Positions 59,646-64,000 of a stretch of 64,000 bases of DNA are shown here, one piece after another. Position numbers and translations under genes: made by a program. Within the stretch, counting starts at the first letter, position 1, and every line of letters starts with the position of its first letter. The DNA is from Eutreptiella sp. 'Long Island Sound 2002' (Eukaryota > Protista > Euglenida), in the NCBI GenBank assembly GCA_964036045.1, contig OZ038378.1, forward strand, positions 181,164,001 through 181,228,000. The letters are read 5' to 3'. Under the pieces are notes generated by a model. The model was not told the DNA's origin and did no database searches. It worked only from the letters and a program-made list of their open reading frames with translations.

Positions 59646-61369
59646 TTGTGTTGCGCTGTAGAGGGCTGCAGAACGTGGGAGAGGGGAAGGCCTATGGTGG
59701 TTCCAGCAACCAGAGCACTCAGAGCAAGCGGTCCGGCCTAGTCTAATGGAGCAGCTGTGGGTTGACTGGGGTGCCGTGGAGTGTGTGTGCTTTGCAGACC
59801 TTCCTGCAGGCAGTTTATCGAAGCAGCTGGGGGTGGGCATCCACTTGGACTGGGCAAAAGGGACAGGGCTGGTGCTCAGATCCCGGTGGCACGGGCATGT
59901 GCCCTCTGCCGCATCTGCTTTTGCCGAAGTTCCAGCAGCACCGGGGTTGACTGCAGGTTAGGACACCGGTCCTGGGACCATGGGGGGGAGCCAATGCGTT
60001 CCTGCTATCTGAGAAGTCATTGGACACGGTGACTTCCCTTGTCAGCCTTCATCATCTCAACGACCTCCACCACTCTCCGACCACCGAAATCAACAGCCAT
60101 CCGAACGTGGAACCCGTTTCCCCCTCTGCGCCTGCACCATGCACAAAGGGTATCCTCCATCTACAGGGGGTGCCATGAGAGTCGTTGCCGCCGGCGGGTG
60201 TTGTGGCAGTGTTTGTGGTGCCAGCCTGTACTGTTGGTGGCGTTCTGGTGAGTCTTGTATGTGTTGCTATAGTGGCGCCGGCGGTCTTGTTTGTGTACTG
60301 GGGAGCGTTGTGGGTGCACCAGCGAGTGCTGCAGGTGCCCTTGTGGTGCCAGTCATCAGAGATCCGTCCGTCCTCGTCTGCAGACCCTGGCGATGGCAAG
60401 CGCAGTGGTCTGTGCGGCGGCTGGCCATGTAGCACAACACGTTTGGCAGGAGGGGTCAGACCAGGCAGAGGGACCATCTGAGATGTGACGGGCGGCTGGA
60501 TGCGGGAATGCTCGGACACTTGCTCGGGGGAAATGATCGGGGGCAGGTACGGAGGGTTGGTCCCTGAAGAAAGCCAGAGGACGATAGGCGGATTGAGCCA
60601 TGGGACCGGGCGCGGCACAGCCCGCCAGGGAAGTAAACCCGGCCATGATCCACAAAAAAGTTATGAACAATAGAAAGATAATACCAACTTTGCACAGTGC
60701 TGGTGCCACTTCCTCGTTACCACGCCCCATTGTGCACTCGAGACAGTCCCGGATCACATATCAGTGTGCGCAGTGCAGTAGCTCCCCAGTTGCTCAAGCA
60801 GGGGGCGGCTCACTGCGGTCGGGCGAACTGCCTCGGAAGAAGCTCGATCACTCTGCAACTGCACCCCCCATCCCGTTTAGACGGACCCGTCCCAGTGTAC
60901 CGACCTCCACAAATACAACGACCCCCTCTGGTTTCTCGGACATGCATCCCAAATGAACCGACCCACTCCCGAAGCAGTGACCAACCCAGAAACACAAAGC
61001 AAATGGACGGCAGAGGGAAATTGATTGCAACGGTGGTGTTCAACGGTTGCTTGCATCCATTTGAGCATCCATTTCTCTGATTGAGCACAATGGAAAAGCG
61101 ACAGTGTGCATGGCAAAATTAGGGTAACACAGAAATGGCACATCGAGCCCATATACGACGGGACGGACCCCTAGTAAATCCCCTTCGTGCTGCCCGAATA
61201 CACCGACGGGTCTAAATGGAGAGGGGGTTTACAGCACAGCACTAAATCAGATTCGGATTTCCACTTTGTCGCTCAGGCCTCGTGTTGCACACACGTCTTC
61301 GTCTGTGCTGTTGTGCGCCCTCTGTGCACAGGGGGCTCTCTGTTTTAGAAAAAAAAAAACGAACCGAAA

Positions 61370-61660
61370 GGGGTTGAGGGGTTGACTGCGTTTGCAAGGT
61401 AACCGACGGCGGAGGATAACCGAAGGCGGTCGACGTTGACCGACTGCGGTTGGAGGTTGATCCGTGGGGTTGAGGGGTTGACTGCGTTTGCAGGGTAACC
61501 GACTGCTGGAGGATAACCGAAGGCGGTCGACGGTGATCGACTGCGGTTGGAGGTTGATCCGTGGGGTTGAGGGGTTGACTGCGTTTGCAGGGTAACCGAC
61601 TGCTGGAGGATAACCGAAGGCGGTCGACGGTGATCGACTGCGGTTGGAGGTTGATCCGTG
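61370..61660. repeat. 96-97-bp tandem repeat, 3 units, inside a MITE-like element; related CAACCGCC motifs at 6460-6490 and 6690-6720
   Basis: Units start GGGGTTGAGGGG at 61370, 61466 and 61563. Confidence 0.9.
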
Positions 61661-61940
61661 GCGGTCGAGCGCTTCTTTTTTGCGCTCCCTAAGGGCGTGC
61701 ATCAACACACATTTCTACCATATATCTCGGATCAATCGGTATTGACAATTCAGGAGTGAAGTCTCACCGGGGGAGAGTAAGTGGGGCAATTTGCGCTCAT
61801 CCCAATGTGTTTGCGCGCTTTCATGCCGAGGCGCAGAAAACGGTAACGGAACAATTGCAGAAATAGGAGAGAGTATCGGAATCAATACGGATAACGGACT
61901 GCTCCACACAAATTCGGCAGCACCGCAAAACACTGCACAC

Positions 61941-62046
61941 CTTCGATCGTCCAATGCAATGGGTCGTCCTGCATGGCCTGCACTCGGGCCGCCACCATTC
62001 TGTCATGCGCATTCTTTATGGACACCGATGTGCTCATTTTGAACTC
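61941..62046 (-). CDS. Possible isolated internal exon of an unidentified gene
   Basis: CCCCTGTCGTGCAG|GAG acceptor, AAG|GTGTGC donor, peptide EFKMSTSVSIKNAHDRMVAARVQAMQDDPLHWTIE; no partner exon identified. Confidence 0.25.
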
Positions 62047-62584
62047 CTGCACGACAGGGGCCAGAGGTGCTCCAACAGGGTGTTTCGCTAGAATCGCAAG
62101 CTGCAAACTGACCCCCAGCGGGCGTCTTGTGCATGCCAAACCACCCCTGTGCGCCAATGCCCCCGGGCTACACCAAATTCCTGGCCCCAGCGTAATGCAG
62201 GTGGGGACCTCAAGATGGGACTCTGTAACACTGTTCCAGGGAATCAGGCGCCAGGACGCATAACTGGTGCGCCAGGCATTGTTGCCCAACCACTTGAGAA
62301 TTAGGGCCCCAACACACAACTTCTTAACCTAGATTCCGTGCAGCACCACTGATCCACCACCTTCACCCCATCTTGGTAATACTCCAACTCGGGGTACTCA
62401 GGCTCATCTGCTACCAACATCCATCGTGTACATGAAAAGAGGGTCTAAGAATGGAAAAGAGATAAGACAAGACATAAGGCGCCCCCAAAACACCCCAAAC
62501 CATCCTCCCAAAGTATTGACACATTCCAATAAATAATTAGTGGAGATTGACATATGGAAATGCACTTATGGCAGCCTATGCTCC

Positions 62585-62930
62585 CTTCACTGCACACCTT
62601 CAAGGGGCTTCTTTGAGGGGGTCTTTTAGGGGGATCCTTCACAGGGCTTCTTTTGGGGGGGTTCAATTAGGGGGTCACTCTGGCGGTCTTTCATACTGAT
62701 TGTGTAGGGGGATCCCTCAGCAGCATCTTTGAGGGCACATTGTGCATTGTGAAGGACACCTCTGAAGAGTCCCGATGAAGGACCACCCACCGTGAAGGAA
62801 CCCCTGAGTGACCCCCCAATGAACCCCCCCTAAAAAAAGCCCTTTGAAGCCAATCAACCACCCAAAAGAACCCTTGAAGAATCCATGAAGGGCACCCGTG
62901 AAGGACCCACATGAAGGACTTTTCAGAACA
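62585..62930. repeat. Foldback of short CCTTCAAGGGG/GAAGGACCC motifs; related array at 25030-25230
   Basis: Forward motifs at 62585-62700, reverse-complement motifs at 62745-62930. Confidence 0.6.
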
Positions 62931-64000
62931 CACATGTGTTCGGTCTCAAAATGGCCCTTTTCAATACTTTTTGGCAACCTACATGGGCTACCATGGATTA
63001 GAACCAGCTCAAAACAGGCTGAAACCATTTTTTGAGCACCTGAAGGGGTGGGAACAACTTTGGAAAAAATCATGTTTCACCCATTTTTGACCCACCTAGT
63101 CACTTGACCCAAGCACATGCAAAGTGTACAACATGGTGCTGGGCATTGAAGGGTGTTGGTGGTGCACAATGTTCCCATTCCTCATTATTCACCACCACAA
63201 GTGTACCCAAGGCAATACCTGGCACTCAAATTGGGCAACAGAAATTGAGTCTTCAAACCTGTGCAAGTCACTGTAAGGGCTGTTTTTGACCATTTTCTGC
63301 TCGAAAAAAGGGTCATCGGGGTGGCTAGTTGGGTCCACACGCTACCAAATAGTGCCCCAAAGTGTTTTTTCACCACCTACAATTGTGTACCCCCCAATAC
63401 TGTCTATGTACAATATACAAGGAAAAATGGCATTGTTTGCCATTATGACAGTTTCAGGAACCCACCACTTGCACGTAAAGGCCCCTAGCCGGCCGCCACC
63501 ATTGAGTTTGTTGCTCTAATTTTGTGCGATTCAACTTCATACTTATACGTACCAACCACCAAAATCGAAGGGGAAAGATTTTTGTTATCATCTTGGTATG
63601 TTGCGCAATTCATAGACTGATACATCCACCCATTAATGTTTGTCCTCATCGCCTGCACTATCCGAGCTGGATAAGTGGACAATGCAGCAGGACGTCACGA
63701 CCCCGCGGCCCGTGCCTTCTCAGGGTCCCCACAATGGGGCTCAAGGCCTCGACAAAGTGGCACCATCTAGGGCCTGGACACTCCTCAAAGGGAGGGGGGG
63801 AGGGGCTTGGATTGCCAAGCCAGAGCCCCGTGGCCCACCATAGGCGTCACAGGAATGGCATCTCAGCACAGGTCTCCTTCAAAGAAAGAGGTAGTGGTTG
63901 CCCAGGCGTGCACCGTTTGTTTGAAACAATCGACCAGTTGTTACCTCCCTCCTCTCTCACCCTGGATTCACACCCAGGATTCGCCGCATGTCCATTCCCT

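Noticed and set aside
61370-61660. 96-97-bp array as CRISPR or coding repeat
   Set aside because: No spacers; unit lengths differ by 1 nt; motif shared with dispersed MITE-like repeats

Overview
Eukaryotic, transposon-rich genomic DNA, not prokaryotic. A photosynthetic euglenid is the best guess (inference from a BLUF-cyclase gene resembling Euglena PAC, kb-scale introns and poly-G MITEs). Two minus-strand genes are supported. (1) An apparently intronless 459-aa protein of unknown family with an N-myristoylation motif (1565-2944). (2) A six-exon gene that the ORF track shows only as fragments: complement(join(9312..9455,11972..12463,13415..13779,15302..15653,26886..27137,30294..30470)), 1782 nt, 593 aa, with five phase-compatible GT-AG introns. 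It encodes an N-terminal BLUF photosensor (Tyr, Asn, Gln, Met retained), a single class III cyclase-homology domain that has lost both metal-binding Asp, the substrate Lys and the transition-state Asn/Arg, a Pro/Ser linker and a non-canonical EF-hand pair. This candidate light-gated pseudo-cyclase is the main finding. Its 11.2-kb intron 2 holds two tandem 180-nt cassettes under apparent coding constraint that may be alternative last exons. 44.3-60 kb is a nest of an APE-RT(WVDD)-RNase H-CCHC LINE family with (CACCA)n tails: young copies stacked at one site with a 21-bp TSD, a probable twin-priming inversion, and a CCAG/CTGG-to-CTAG decay signature in old copies. The rest is MITEs, satellites, microsatellites and TE relics. 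No rRNA, intact tRNA or CRISPR array was seen. All family assignments come from motif recognition by eye, not from database searches.
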